In this document: positions 25,552-37,404 of the stretch, piece after piece
How positions within the stretch are numbered: position 1 is the stretch's first letter
How the letters are laid out: every line of letters starts with the position of its first letter
From: Bugula neritina
Taxonomy: Eukaryota > Animalia > Bryozoa
Assembly (NCBI GenBank): GCA_964035545.1
Contig: OZ037766.1
Coordinates: forward strand, 14,002,722 to 14,066,721
Length of the DNA: 64,000 nucleotides
Direction of reading: 5' to 3'
The notes under the pieces: model-generated
Told to the model about the DNA's origin: nothing
The model's input: the letters and a program-made list of their open reading frames with translations, nothing else
Databases searched by the model: none
Program-made: the position numbers and the translations under genes

Positions 25552-26829
25552 TAAAGCAACTCTTTAGAGCCATCTCGTTTCAGTGCACAAAGTTATAATA
25601 ATATGATATTGTAATTGTGTATACGATGAGGCAAACTGAATTGTATGGGCACACAACTCTAAGTTTGTATTTAGCCCATAGCTGAAATACTGTACGTATA
25701 ACATTTGCGGATATTTAGGTACTAGTTTACTACGAAAGGGAGCAGTTTAGCCAACACATATGGCCAGTAAAAGCCACAATTGGTGATATTATAATTGCTT
25801 CTTTGCCACAGCAGTGAATAAGCCTTCAGCCCGTTTAAAAGCATTTCCACCAGGAGTTCTCACAGAGATAATGATGATGATGATGACTGTAAACCCACGG
25901 TGTTTTATTTCGGTGCTATGTAAATCTAAATGTAACTAGTCAACAACTTATTCCTAATAGTAATTGCGAACACCCAAGAGGGACAATGATGACTAAGTAG
26001 TTGTAGGTCACCCCTAGCAATTTTATACTTGGAATTATGCGCAACATTTTACCCAGGGTATACTTAGTTATCAATTCAACTCCTCAATTTATTTCCAATC
26101 CCACAATAAATAACATAAAGTATACTGTTGTAACCTATTTATTGTCTATCCAGTTATTAATTACATTGCCCGTCAATGTAATTCTTTGGTTTGAACTCTC
26201 TTAAACATCGTAAGCATCCAGGTTATTTTGATAAACTCAATTACTGTTAATTAAAAGATCATACTTTTTTAGTAGCATTCACAAAATATATACAAAAAAT
26301 CTCAACTCAATATACCAGAAAAAATGAATTAAAATATATGTGTTAATAGCACTGATATTGACGTGACCGTGGCACATGAAAAATCTGAAAAAAGAGTTGT
26401 CTTCTTTTTTTCTATATTAATATATAGAGCTTGTCGTGAAAATAAAGATTTTTTTAAAAAAATATTGTGACCCTCTGGTAACTTCCTGAATTTAGAAAAC
26501 TAGCTCATATATTTCTTTTCATGTGGACAACAGCTCACTTTTTTTTAAATTTATTTTGAAGCTCTTTTCGTAAAAAATAATCAAAAGTAAAAAATCCAAA
26601 ATTTTTACAAATTGGTTCGGGGCTTGACGTGAAAGGCATTTGGACGAAGATGTCAAGGTCACCATTAATAAATTTATTTCATCACAATTCACAATACTGC
26701 ACGGAAAGTTAATGAAGTGAGCTGAAAATTAGGTTGCTAGCATATTGAATTTGATATACATTATATTGATTGTTGCAGTATTATTTTTGAAATTTGTTTT
26801 ATCAGTTATGTTTAACTTCTTCATAGAGC

Positions 26830-27420
26830 TGCTGTTAGACTAAGAGTAAGACATAATATTAGCAACAATGATAATATTAATAATAATATTTATATTAAAT
26901 TAAAATTATTATTAAATTCACGGTGAAGTATCACTATCACTATGAGTATGAGTATCGTATAAATTAATTATGAGTATGAGTATCACTATGACATTAACTC
27001 AATCAATGATTGACTATTACTATGAATATGAATATGGCTTCTAATTCTTGTAACTTTTGACTATGACGATGCTGATAGTGATAATCACTGCCAGCCCAAG
27101 TCTCATACTCATAGTGATACTATTAGTATTAATAATTAGTATTACTATTAGTACAACTACTAGTATTACTCATAGTTCTGATAATGATGCAGATGATAGT
27201 TTTAAAAGTTCTACTTCTACTTTTATAGTAAGCTAGATTGTATATGTTGAGCTCTACTCATTTTTTACTACTAATTTGCTAATACTAATACTAATAGTAA
27301 TAGTAATACTAATAATAGTTATAGTTGTTATAATGATAGTAATACTAATAGTAATAATAACTATTTCAATTTGATAATTTATGTTTTATAACAGCATTAT
27401 CGCTTATCATTTACATTGGT
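26830..27420. repeat. Degenerate (TNA-NNN)n tract T3
   Basis: e.g. TCACTA TCACTA TGAGTA TGAGTA; TGACTA TTACTA TGAATA TGAATA; TAATAC TAATAC TAATAG TAATAG. Confidence 0.85.
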
Positions 27421-28091
27421 TCATAATATGCTTATTTTAATTTTGCTTTGTGTGTTTTGTCATGTTGTAAATTTAAGTTCGTATGGTTATTTAATGAACT
27501 AGAGAACTAGCCAAATGTTATGTAACGGTTGCAGTAATTTACTATAAACTCAGTGAAATTTAAAACCTAATTGATATTACTATGACATTGATTGTACAGA
27601 GGTAGCTAAAATATACATTAAATTACCAATAATTTTAATTCGCCAATACACTATGAGTAGAACAATCAAATGCAATGATAGAAAATTAATTAGTCATAGC
27701 AGCCCGTTGCTTGAGGAACATTGAGCTACAGGTCTAAAATGATGTAGTTTTGTGATCCCTTATATAACAAAATAATTTTTTCAAACTGGTTTAATACTCT
27801 TATTATAAACACGCTTATCAAAGTAACATGTTTTTGATGTATATTCTATTAAAAAAGCAATCACATCAGGTTTTCAATTTGTATGTTGTACAAAGTTTAT
27901 TATGGTGACAAGTTACTAAATTATATGGTTCAGCTTTGTAAAGTAAAGCTGATAAAATAAAAACAATTATGTGATTGTTTTACTCCTATATATTAAATTT
28001 AAATGAGTTGAATAATATCCTAGTGCAGTGAATTAGATATTTTTTTAGCTTTGGTACACCTGTTTGTTATAGGCTAACATTCCACCAATAG

Positions 28092-28700
28092 AAGAATGGT
28101 GCAAGTAGAAGAAATTTCAGGCGCAGAAAGCTAAGGAGCAGTCAGAATGCTGCCAGAGTTGTGAAGAGGCACTTGAAAAAGCTGAATTTCAATAATGACA
28201 TGAAATTCGTAACAGATCACCCTGGTGTATTTGAACTGACATGGCCAGCAGAGTTCTCGAAGTCACATACAACAGCTATTTACATCATCATGGTTAGCTT
28301 AAATTTAATTCCTATATCAGTCTCTAATATATAGTTTGATATCTGCTGTAAATTTGCTTAAGGAGCATACACATAACCAAAACTGAGTTACACTATAGTA
28401 TTTGTTCTTGAATATATTTACCAAGATAAGTAGATTTGCTAATTCATTAACAGTAAAATTATAATGATACAACAATTTTTCTTTTAGATGATTCAATCAA
28501 TAACACAAGACACTACAACATGGTTTTGCAGTTATAGAGTATTAATTTTCTGGCTCTTTCCAAATCTTCATAGAAGGCAAAGAAAACCACTGTCAGCTTG
28601 CCTTTATAACTGAGTGCACGCGTCTTCCACCTACAGATGATGATAAACAATTTGCTGGTGTGGAACTTTCTAATTTTGTTTACAATGAAGATAGATTATA
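28092..28700 (+). pseudogene. Possible degenerate coding or lncRNA exons (28092-28291; ~28489-28700)
   Basis: Locally higher complexity than flanks, with AG/GT-bounded blocks. One ~66-codon open frame (KNGASRRNFRRRKLRSS...VFELTWPAEF...). The second block has stops in all frames. No family recognised. Confidence 0.3.
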
Positions 28701-30029
28701 GGACATTATTCTTTATGTAAAGATTGTCAAGTTTTGTTATAATTAAGAACAGTTTTAGTTTCAATAAATCGGTTCAACATTATGGACATCATTGCACAAG
28801 CATTTTAATCTTTACTATCTACAAAGGTATCTGATGGACTACTTGAAAATACAAAACTATGCTCCAGATACACAATGAACTGACCAGCAAAGTTAAAATG
28901 AGTTGGAGATGTAGAACATAATATCTTGTTCAAGGCTTTTCCCTGCTGTTGGAACCTTCTACTTCAGAACACTGAATTGAACAAACATATGTAGATGTAT
29001 GAAACTTTGCAAACAATAATAATGTGAAATTAGTTGCTAAGTATTACATTGCTAATAAATACAGCATTGTGTAATGTTTTATTTAATTTTTTTTGAGCCA
29101 TTTGATCTATAGGCCTGCATAGTATTTACTATATTATAACTAATAAATTGCAGACACATTATGTCAGACCAGTTTCCATTTAAATAGAATCGTGTAGGCT
29201 ATCAAATTTGTAGAAGTAAAAAACCGAATTCTTATTGAGTAAAATACTTGCCTTTTTTTTTCATGATGCCTCTACTGCTAAAAAGAGAAGTTTTTATCAA
29301 TACAGCTCCATCAATCTGTATCCTGATGAAGCTAGTAGTTTAGGAACATTTGTGGCGGGGAGTGTAGGCTGAGCTGCAGTATAGGAAGAACCCCAACATA
29401 TGTAATCTATTCAGCACATTATATGTATATTTATTCAAAAAAGAATTTAGAAAACGCTTTATGAAGCATGAACAAAGTAAAAATTAATGCTGGTGAAAGT
29501 AATATTATTACACCCATTAGAATTACTAGCAGCTATAGCATTAAAATTATGTATTTTCATAAAAATGTGTCTAATTTATGCTACAAAGTTATTACTGCCA
29601 AAGGTTACAAAATTTACCAGTCACATTCATGCAGCTGGCGGAGAATAACTAACTTTCACATGCAATAAATATAATTAGTAGCTCAATCTAAAACTAATGC
29701 GCTATTAAATGTTAGGAGTATAAGTTATAGTTATTCTAAGGAATAATTGCAAAAAAGTTACTTAGAGGAATTTAACTCTTATTATAATGTAATTATCTTC
29801 CAAGATATATTACAACATCACTACTTGGATGCATACAATGTCATATTTATATTGGCATCAACATAATTTTCAATAATTTCCAATCTATTAACTTGAGCAT
29901 TATGATTGTGATTATTTTATAAATAAGGCGATGATTAGGCACTGTTGGTATTTTGGTTCAATTTATTAATAGCTGTAACAGGCAGAGTTGTAAATATAAT
30001 GGATATATCAAAATTCCAATGGGTATAGT

Positions 30030-30900
30030 ACTCTAACACAACATTGATACTAATAATTGTAGCCACTTACTCTTAGAGTTAGTGAATAATGATAGTCATA
30101 ACAATCTGAATTTCAATCAGCATTAGAGATAGGCTGACTGCTTTATAATATTATAGTTATGTCAAATTGAATTTATTCACTATAACTATACAATTTATGA
30201 TTATAATTATAAATTAAAATAATTTAAATATTATATAATATATTGATAATTATTGGAATCATAATTATATTTATTGTTATGATCATTATGATTATAATTA
30301 TTTAATATTATCTTTGTTTGTATTTAAAGTTGTTCCTTAAATTTAAAGTTGTTTAAGTTTTATAAATTTATTATAATTATATTACTGTATAAGTATTGCT
30401 ATTAGTATTAGTATAATTAAATTATTACAATTTATATTTTATTATTTATATTATTATTTATTTTACTTTTTATTTTAAGACCAGCAGTTCAAATTAATAC
30501 TTGTGTCGTTTGTTTTATATTATAACTTACAAGTATAACTATTAACATAATAATTATACATTTGTTATTAGTATTACTATGAATATAAATATTTATATTA
30601 ATATAAATATAGCTATTGGCATAACTTATACTTATAGTTATAACTAATATTATAAGTATTAGTTTCGAAACTGATTCTGCTCCGTAACTGATACTGTCAT
30701 ATGATTATCATTATGACTGATAATAGTATTAATAAATATAACCATTGAATATTATTAATAATAGTTCACCAATAGGCGACAGTCATAGACTTAGAGTTAG
30801 AGTGAGAGTCATAGACATACTCATAGTCATAGTGATAGACTAGTGATACTCATAGTCATACTGATACTGTGATTTAGTTTCACTGATTCAGTTACAAATT
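30030..30900. repeat. Degenerate (TNA-NNN)n tract T4
   Basis: e.g. TTAGAG TTAGAG TGAGAG TCATAG ACATAC TCATAG TCATAG TGATAG (30791-30838). Confidence 0.85.
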
Positions 30901-30999
30901 TTAAAACTTGGTTTTACGTAGACAACTACTAACCTATAATTCATCACAAAACGGTTGAAAATCATCATTTACTGCATATTTAAGAGTAATTTTCTGGTA

Positions 31000-31880
31000 G
31001 TGTGGTCGACATGATAATTGAAATTAAAATAGGGAAAATAATTATTTTGTGATTTACAGCAAGTTACAAACTAGCGAAATGGAATAGTCCATTTGAAAAC
31101 AGTCAAATTAGTTACCTTTCTTGATGTTGCGTAGCTAACGTTAGTTATTAGTAGCCGCCCGAAGAGTAACATTCATGTGATTTGAACTACGAATAACGAG
31201 AATCTGTGACAAACCCGCTTCTTAATAACTTTACGCGATATAAACTCACGCTACAATAGGGCTATTTTGCCATCCCCACGTCAGAATAGGACACGGAGGG
31301 CACGCTCGCGGGCAAGTCTGGGCAAGTCCAAGACACCTAATATGACCACTTTTACTTACATTTTTGTAGTGTTTTCGTATAAGAAATTGGATAAAATGCT
31401 GATAAAACAGTTGAAAAGCATGCAAACTTTTGCTCAAATGTAATAAATAACCTGGAAGCTTACCGCCTTTAAGCTTAAAAGTTAAACCTGCCAAGGGTTA
31501 AAGGGCAATATACTCCGGAGCAATCGTCTATTCTTTTTAGTAAATCAATGGTACGTAACGATGCTTGGCCTGTGTTTCAGTTTAGATAAATACTAAGTAA
31601 TTGTTTTGCTGTGGTTGAAGTAACCGCGCAGTCGCAGTTTCATAAATTAATCTTGAGGTACAAAGGCTATACTCATCTAATCGTTGTGGACCCTTATAAA
31701 AGTTTCAAGCGCGTTTCCCGTCCAGTGCAACAAAATACGCCGTACGGTTAAAGTTTGGACCGTTGAGGGATGGTGGCTTTAGCACAATATGAATATTGAC
31801 TTCTAAACTCTAGCTAACCGGTCAACAGCTAATAAATTGGTAACTAGAAACAAGGTAATACCCAGGGCATTCATTATAGC
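31000..31880. promoter_or_regulatory. Putative promoter/first-exon region of the DIPP gene (possibly bidirectional)
   Basis: CpG-retaining, more GC-rich island between tracts T4 and T5. Plus-strand donor-like AAG|GTAATA at 31854; minus-strand donor-like site near 31115. Inferred, no transcript data. Confidence 0.5.
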
Positions 31881-31889
31881 ATGTATAAG

Positions 31890-32580
31890 TATTAGTTTGT
31901 TTAAGTGGTAAGATTGCTAGTTATACTCATACTGTTACAGTGTTAGTCACACTCACTTAGTGTTCTAATAGTAATACTAATAGACATAGTAATACTAATA
32001 CTAATAGTAATAGTATTACTAGTAATAGTAAGTAATACTACACTTACAGTTACATTGATTTAATCATTTAATTTTTATAAATAAGATACTCCATACTCAT
32101 GAGTCTTATACTTATAGTTATAGTTATTGGTACTCGTACTGATACTGATAGTGATAGTACTACTACTAGTACTACTATTAGTATTACCATTAGTATTACT
32201 TATACTCTTAGTATTACTTCTACTAATAGTAATAGTAATACTAATACTAATAGTATTACTAGTACTACTACTAGTACTACGTGACTAGAGTAAAAGTTGG
32301 AGTAAGTGGGAATTGCTCAACAGTATAACTATAACTACAAGTATAAGATTAACTTTAATTTCAAGTGCATGACTTTCACTTATCAGTGTCAGTGTTAGTG
32401 TTACACTTTGACTTACAGCCACTAATACTAATAGTAATACTAATTACTAATAGTAGCATTAATAGTACAATAATTTATTAATTATATTTATAAGTAATAT
32501 AATTATAAATAAAAAAATCTTACTCATACTCATAGTCATAGTGATACTGGTAGTCAGTATCAACAGTTGTGATAATTGTC
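31890..32580. repeat. Degenerate (TNA-NNN)n tract T5 (inferred DIPP first intron)
   Basis: e.g. TTATAC TTATAG TTATAG TTATTG; TGATAC TGATAG TGATAG; TCAGTG TCAGTG TTAGTG TTACAC. Confidence 0.85.
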
Positions 32581-34133
32581 AAATGCTATGTGAGTTCCAT
32601 TTCATTCACTGGGCTAGAGAATGTACTAAAATAAAATAATGATTGTGGGCTTTAGTGCAAACAGCAAAAGTAAGATGCAACAGAGTGTTGTATTGTGTTT
32701 AAACAGTTAAAAAACCATATAATTAACTGATTACAGACAAACTGTCAACAATCATATTATAATAGTAAGGCTAATTCTGGTAGTAGAATTATAGAATGTT
32801 TTTGTGGTTAAACCCTAAACAATTGTGTAAAGATTAAAATGCTGCCAATTATTTATGTTGGCCATCATTAGATTAGATGTTACCTAGACCTTGATTGGCT
32901 TTCATAATTGACCCTAACAGTAAAAATAATAGATAGAATGGTAAATGGATAGAATTAACAAGGCAAAAGATTGAAGAAGAGCTACAGACATGCAATGCCT
33001 AAGTAAATTAAAAGTGAAATAAACATTAATTTTAGCCTTGAACTACAAGTTTTGCTGCAAAAATGTGTTACTTTTTAATCTATTTAGGATGATCGTTGAA
33101 CATAACTTAAATGAAGCTTATTTATGAAGTTTGTCAGTAAAATAAAAGACAGTATAACTTTAGCTGATTAATTTTCAACACAAAAATGAGTCAACACAGC
33201 CAAATAATTTGTTCTGTGTACGTTATTTTAAAATAATTATTGTAGGCCATAATAGTTGTCAAAGAAAGAAAAGTTAATTTACCAAGCACTGATACTTAAC
33301 ATCATTCCAACCTTGCAAGATCTAACTAAAGAGGGTGGTTCACTAATATTATAAGGTGAGAAATATATGCCTACTTTTATCCAGGGCATGTTTGTTCTAA
33401 TAGTTTTTGGAATGGTTAGAGTTATGTCTTTTATGAATGCAGGATTAGTGTTTTGTATGCATGTTGTTAAATTAAAGAGAAATTGCTTGATTTTGTGAAG
33501 TTTTTTCTACTGATTTTCACTCATCATGACACTCTAAATCCCTAGCTTGAGTTTAAATAAGTTTTAGGAGATAGGAAGAATATCTGAATAGATAAATTAG
33601 GTATTCTTTGTACTGATTTTAGTTTCCAAGGAATGCTGTACCAGTTGTTATGAATCAAAACAATTTAATTTGTTTAACTTTCCTTGACTATGAAATATGC
33701 TATTCTTGCCTTTTATTCAAAATTGAGTGAAAGTTGAAAACTGTTCACTATTTATGAAGGAAATCTTAGTTTTTTAAATAAATTATTATTGTTTCATTGT
33801 AAACACGTTATATGCAATTTAAAGAAAAAGTTTAAAAAATTTTGCATCACCCAGATTTATTTCATGACTTGACAACACTCTTCTTTGTGGCAAAACATGA
33901 ACGGCCATAGTCAGTGTATTGGAGAGCCAATTGGGCTCTAACACGTCACCCTACAAGTAGCTAGTGTCTCAATACTTGCATGATGTAAATATGTAAATGT
34001 ATTAGCAACAACAGTGAACCCTTTATATTTAAAATAATACTCTGCAATTCCCCAAGTTGTAATTGCTTTTGTTTTGAAGTATTCGCAACTAATTTAATTC
34101 ATAATGCAATTCAATTGTAGCTGCTCTAAAGAA

Positions 34134-37100
34134 ATGGTAAAGACACGAGGTAATGGGGAGTGCACTTACGATGACCAGGGTTATAAAAGGCGTGCTGCCT
34201 GCGTGGTGTTTAAAAATGAAAATGAAGACCAGGTTAGTTTCAGAAAAGCCTCTTGCTGATCAGTGCATACGTACATGTTTACTAGTCAAACAGAAAAAAG
34301 GTCTAGTTTGCCAACTCTGCCATCATATTTTCATATATATGCAAGTTGTATCACAGTAACATGAATGTTGCTATGCATTGACCATTATTTTCAAGTAGAT
34401 CATTACTTTCTTTACTGCCAAAAGATTGCATGAAATTATTAGTTGTATTTGCACCAGCATTTACTCGTCATTCTTATCATACAAGTTGGATGAGAAGTTG
34501 ATTTGCTTCTATAGATGCAGTACCCCAAGATGTATAATTTCCTTTTATTCTTTGTAGGTGATGTTGATCACCAGTACCCACTATTCAATTGACCAGAACT
34601 GGTGGATAGTTCCTGGTGGGTCAGTGGAAAAGAATGAGAGTGTTGCAGGCGCTGCTATCAGAGAAGTCCTTGAGGAAAGCGGCATCAAAGGTCAACTGCT
34701 ACGATATATCGGACAAGTTGTGGTAAGTTCAATAGTGTGCATTATTCGTTATCTCTAGGTTATTGAGTTGGTTTGATATCTTAACAAAGCATTGACCAGG
34801 TGCTGTCGGTTATGTTAAAATTTAAATAATGTTATGTCCAGATTACAAAACTGGATAAATTTTGATAGAGGCTAACCTTACCATTGCTTATCTGAACTTT
34901 GACCTTTAGAATGATTCCAACATGTCAAGGACTTGGTTGTTTGCAATGGTAGCCTGTGACGAGTTGGAGCACTGGGACGAGGGGGGTCCTGTGGGCAGGC
35001 AGCGCCAGTGGTTCTCTGTAGATGTTGCTAAAAAGTTACTTTCTATTTACAAACCCGTAAGTTATAATATTAATGATATTGTTTTCATAAATCTGTAGAT
35101 TCTAAAGATCAAGGCAGTAGTCATCTTGGTTTTCTTATTCTACAAATGTCATTTCATTGTCTCTCTATTGCATAGTCTACTGGCAAATACTGCCGTTAGA
35201 TTGTATTATTTATGTATTGACAGCTGCTTCTAAAATCAATATCACAGTTGTATTGCAATAGAGTGGGCATACAATAAGTTATTGAATTTAAAAAATTTGC
35301 TTATCAACTGGCTGTCACGATCACAATAGCTATTGTAAGCTGGTCATTTACTAACATGAGTATATGTAAATTTTATTGAAATTATTTAATATTCCAACAC
35401 TAATTAGATTCAAGTTATTATCTATGCTTCAACCATTAAAGCACTTAAATGTCTAATCAAAGTTTTCAAATTGGTCGACTGAATCAATGTAAAGTTATAG
35501 ATTATATGCACAAGTGTATAGTTTATTATGTAAAATATGGTTAGATTTCTAATTAAGTTTTACCTCATTCTTTAATACTATTTTTGGTATCATACCATTG
35601 AGCGTATTAGTAAATTTGCTTAGTATTTATGATTTAATACATCTTCCTAGCCTTATTAATTATTGCAAGTCTAAAGAAAATAGTAACATATTTTAGCTGC
35701 ACAAAATGTGTATTATCACTACAATGTCACTGAGTCTTCTATGTAATATGCCCGGCATTAAATGAGTTCCTAGCAGTTAGACTTGCCAAGACATGCCCAT
35801 TCATCATACTGGGATGTTGAAGCAATTTCTCATATAGTTTCAAGTTAATGCTACTCTTAATACCTGACTATCTACAAGTTTTGAAATATATATTTTTTGC
35901 CCGTGGAATCTTCCACCCTTCAATAAATGATGAATGGGTTTTCTCAAAATCCTTTTTGCAGCATAATATCCTTTCCATTCTATCCTTCCATTTCCATTTG
36001 GTTATGTCGCAATAATTGGGCATTCTTGCCTTTGTTGACTCAAGATCACGTGCCTCTCAACGCCTATTTAATTAAATTATTTATTTAGCAGTGGTTGCCT
36101 GCTTTCACAAGTTGCTACCTGTTATTGTTATTGTCATAAACTATTACCCATATCCTTAATAACACTGCAGTGGCTAGTATAATACATACAAAGTTCCAAT
36201 GAGTTTAATGCCCATGACACACTACAGTCGAAACTCGACTGTGGCGGCCATTTTAGAGCTGCTCGCGCATGCCTTCAACGTCACATCCTACTTTTTGCTG
36301 GTCACACTACAGTTCACTCGAACGATGAAAGCTAACTGTCTCTAGTCTCGCAGTAAACTTTTAAACCAATAGGAATGCCATATCTCAGTTTTTGCAGTAT
36401 CCACAGTAACCAGCAATCAAATTTATCGCAATTTTTTTAGATTTACTAGCATAATTTAATAAGATTTACTAGTTATTTTTATTCTAATTGACTAGCTTAA
36501 ATTATTCGAAATTACTAGCTTTATTTAATGAGATTACCTAGCTTTATTCAAGCTCATTCACTAGCCTAAAGAACTAACTGCCCTAATAAAATTCAATCAA
36601 ATTAGAAAAACTAAATATTATGCAGATAAAATTTAGCAAAATTTATCTAATAAATACTTATTTTCATGATTTATTAAGATTTTCATGCATAACTTCATCA
36701 TAATTATTTTAAAAGTAAAATAATATAATTTTCGAAGAACCAAATCAAATAATAATGCTAGCTAGTAGCACGTGGAAAAAGTAAAAGCACTTAACCAATC
36801 AGGGTTTACCTGGCCAGTCAGTGATTGGCTGATCGCTCAACTTCAGCGATGACAGTTCGACATGTCGAACTTTCATCGCATCGCTAAAAACTGACAGTTG
36901 CGTTCAGAAATCAGACAGTTGTGACGTCACAGAGGTCATCGCTTAGCCTCGAAAACGCGTTCAAGATGGCGTTTCGACTGTAGTGTGGCAGTCCCATTAA
37001 CAGTGGTTATTGCCTACTTAAAAACTTCTCACTTATTTTGACAAAAGTTGCTGCATTGGCCCAAATAACTTTTTATGAAGGTATCAAAAAAGGCTGGGTT

Positions 37101-37404
37101 ATTGGAGTCTGTCTATTGCAGCAGAGCAGAATGTTGTTATTACAAGTAGAGCAACACTGACTGAAGGGGGTTTAGCTAAATCAAGTAGATGTTTAGTATG
37201 CTAAATGCTTTTTCTATTGTTTGTTTTAATGCCAGGACATTGAATTTTCAGATTCAGGCAAGCTACATTGAATTGGCAAGACAGCGGAAAGGTCACAGGT
37301 GCAGCAGCCTGGAGGTATGCTGCCATAGCCCTAAGCAGCAATGCGGCAGCTCTGTTCCACCAGCCAGCAAAGACTGTAACCAGATTCCTCTTGTCAAATC
37401 TTAG
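34134..37404 (+). CDS. NUDT3: Diphosphoinositol polyphosphate phosphohydrolase (DIPP/NUDT3-4/Aps family Nudix hydrolase), 187 aa
   Basis: Phase-0 exons 34134-34232, 34558-34722, 34910-35056, 37252-37404. Motifs: TYDDQGYKRRAAC, WIVPGG, Nudix box GSVEKNESVAGAAIREVLEESGI, GRQRQWF, YKP|IQASY (cf. human HKPVQASY). Symbol denotes family, not strict orthology. Confidence 0.93.
36209..36996. mobile_element. Non-autonomous DNA transposon (MITE) in DIPP intron 3
   Basis: Inverted CACACTACAGTCGAAAC (36218-36234) / GTTTCGACTGTAGTGTG (36971-36987). TTAA on both sides (36205-36208, 36997-37000). CpG-rich subterminal arms around an AT-rich core. Confidence 0.8.

Noticed and set aside
29260-29330. C/D-box snoRNA-like segment (ATGATGC...CTGA) with ~10 nt complementary to 18S rRNA
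   Set aside because: Imperfect C box, weak terminal stem and mismatches next to the D box. An Infernal/snoscan search would be needed.
31340-31502. piggyBac-like end AAGGG|TTAA
   Set aside because: No matching left terminus found nearby.
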